Below are positions 61,952 to 64,000 of a stretch of 64,000 nt of DNA, one piece after another. Location: the NCBI GenBank assembly GCA_030390025.1, contig CM059425.1:176516001-176580000 (forward strand). Direction: 5' to 3'. This DNA comes from Squalus acanthias (Eukaryota). The stretch's first letter is position 1; every line of letters starts with the position of its first letter. Under the pieces are notes generated by a model. It was not told where the DNA came from. It saw only the letters and a program-made list of their open reading frames with translations, and made no database searches. Both the position numbers and the translations under genes were made by a program.

Positions 61952-62809
61952 TTACCTTTTACTCCATACCTTCTGTCCCTTCCTGACACGCTTTCCTCTG
62001 TCTCCCTGCTCAGGTGCCCAACCCCCTGCCACTTTAGTTTCAACCCTCCCCAACAGCACTAGCAAGCACTCCCCCTAGGACAGCGGTCCCAGCCCTGCCC
62101 AGGTGCAGACCGTCCGGTTTGTACTGGTCCCACCTCCCCCAGAACCGGTTCCAATGTCCCAGGAATTTGAATCCCTCCCCCTTACACCATTCCTCTAGCC
62201 ACGTATTCATTTGAAATATCCTCCTATTTCTACTCTGACTAGCACGTGGCACTGGTAGCAATCCTGAGATTACTACCTTTGAGGTCCTATTTTTTAATTT
62301 ACCTCCTAACTCCCTATATTCTGCTTTTAGGACCTCATCCCCTTTTTTACCTATATCGTTGGTGCCTATGTGCACCACGACAACTGGCTGTTCGCCCTCC
62401 CCCTCCAAAATGTTCTGTAGCCGCTCCGAGACGTCCTTGACCCTTGCACCAGGGAGGCAACACACCATTCTGGAGTCTCGGTTGCGGCCGCAGAAACGCC
62501 TATCTATTCCCCTTACAATTGAGTCCCCTATCACTATAGCTCTTCCACTCTTTTTCCTCCCAGCCTGTGCAGCAGAGCCACCCATGGTGTCAGGAAGTTG
62601 GCTGCTGCTGCCTTCCCCTGATAAGTCATCCCCCCCAACAGTATTCAAAGTGGTATATCTGTTTGAGAGATATATTTTGAGAGATATATTTTGATAAAGT
62701 CACATCTAGCTTTGCTGTTCATACATGTATTATAAATCATAATGTAAACATAATTTTTGACTTGTTATGGGTCTTCAACATCTGTGAACTAATCCATCAA
62801 ACGCACCAT

Positions 62810-64000
62810 TCATAGAATCATAGAATCATAGAAATTTACAGCACAGTAGGAGGCCATTCGACCCATCGTGTCCGCGCCGGTCGACAAAGAGCTATCCAGC
62901 CTAATCCCACTTTCCAGCTCTTGGTCCGAGGCCATGTAGTCCACGGCACTTCAAGTGCATATCCAAGTTCTTTTTAAATGTGATGAGGGTTTCTGCCTCT
63001 ACCACCCTTTCAGGCAGTGAGTTCCAGACCCCCACCATCCTCTGGGTGAAAAATGTTCCCCTCAAATCCCCTCTAAACCTCCTACCATTTATTTTAAATC
63101 TATGCCCCCTGGTTGTTGACCTCTCTGCCAAGGGAAACAGTTCCTTCCTATCCACTCTATCTAGGCCCCTCATAATTTTATACACCTCAATTAGGTTTCC
63201 CCTCAGCCTCCTCTGTTCCAAAGAAAACAACCCCAGCCTATCCAAACTTTCCTCATAGCTAAAATTCTCCAGTCCAGGCAACATCCTCATAAATCTCCTC
63301 TGTACCCTCTCTAGTGCAATCACATCGTTCCTGTAATGTGGTGACCAGAACTGCACGCAGTACTCTAGCTGAGGCCTAACTAGTGTTTTATACAGTTCAA
63401 GCATAACCTCCCTGCTCTTATAGTCTATGCCTCAGCTAATAAAGGCAAGTATCCCATATGCCTTCTTAACCACTTTATCTACCTGTCCTGCTACCTTCAG
63501 GGATCTGTGGACATGCACTCCAAGGTCCTTCTGTTCCTCTGCACTTCTCAGTGTCCTACCATTTATTGTGTATTCCCTTGCCTTGTTAGCCCTCCCCAAA
63601 TGCATTACCTCGCACTTGTCCGGATTGGATTCCATTTGCCACTGTTCTGCCCACCTGACCAGTCCATTGATATCTTCCTGCAGTCTGCAGCTTTCTTCTT
63701 CATTACCCACCACACGGCCAATTTTTGTATCGTCTGCAAACTTCTTAATCATACCCATACATTCAAGTCTATATCATTGATGTATACCACAAAAAGCAAG
63801 GGACCTAGTACTGAGCCCTGCAGAACGCCACTGGAAACAGCATTCCAGTCACAAAAACACCAGTCGACCATTACCCTTTGTTTCCTGCCTCTGAGCCAAT
63901 TTTGGATCCAACTTGCCACTTTGCCTTGGATCCCATGGGCTTTTACTTCCGTGACCAGTCTGCCATGTGGGACCTTATCAAAAGCCTTGCTAAAATCCAT
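62810..64000 (-). mobile_element. CR1 3' part, same subfamily as 1-2140
   Basis: DFSKAFDKVPH, FADDTK, FFTQRMVGVWNSLP; (CATAGAAT) tail. Confidence 0.95.

Larger units (their letters stand above)
58044..62665 (-). mobile_element. Near full-length young CR1 LINE (SGNH ORF1 62040-62648; ORF2 61046-58237), MITE between the ORFs
   Basis: ORF1 GDSIVR, HIGTND, DGLH; ORF2 LYLNARSIRNK, AITETW, SDHN and 832 open codons of RT. Confidence 0.97.

Overview
This is vertebrate nuclear DNA, probably from a cartilaginous fish (inferred from HE1-type V-SINE, Deu-SINE and abundant CR1/L2/Harbinger repeats). It holds the 3' end of KCNN2 (SK2 Ca2+-activated K+ channel) on the + strand: three constitutive coding exons (3217-3344, 25199-25268, 47414-47701), a 9-nt microexon (4397-4405) that inserts Ala-Arg-Lys into the calmodulin-binding domain, and a 3' UTR with AATAAA at 47980. 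A large share of the window is transposon-derived: many CR1 copies (one near full-length), L2, RTE, a Penelope fragment with a minimal hammerhead ribozyme, two full-length decayed Harbinger/PIF transposons (transposase plus a convergent 3-exon Myb/SANT gene), older Harbinger relics and several MITEs. One MITE contains a palindromic 40-bp minisatellite. There is no CRISPR array, rRNA or true tRNA gene. Everything was read by eye, so repeat boundaries without TIR/TSD support are approximate.
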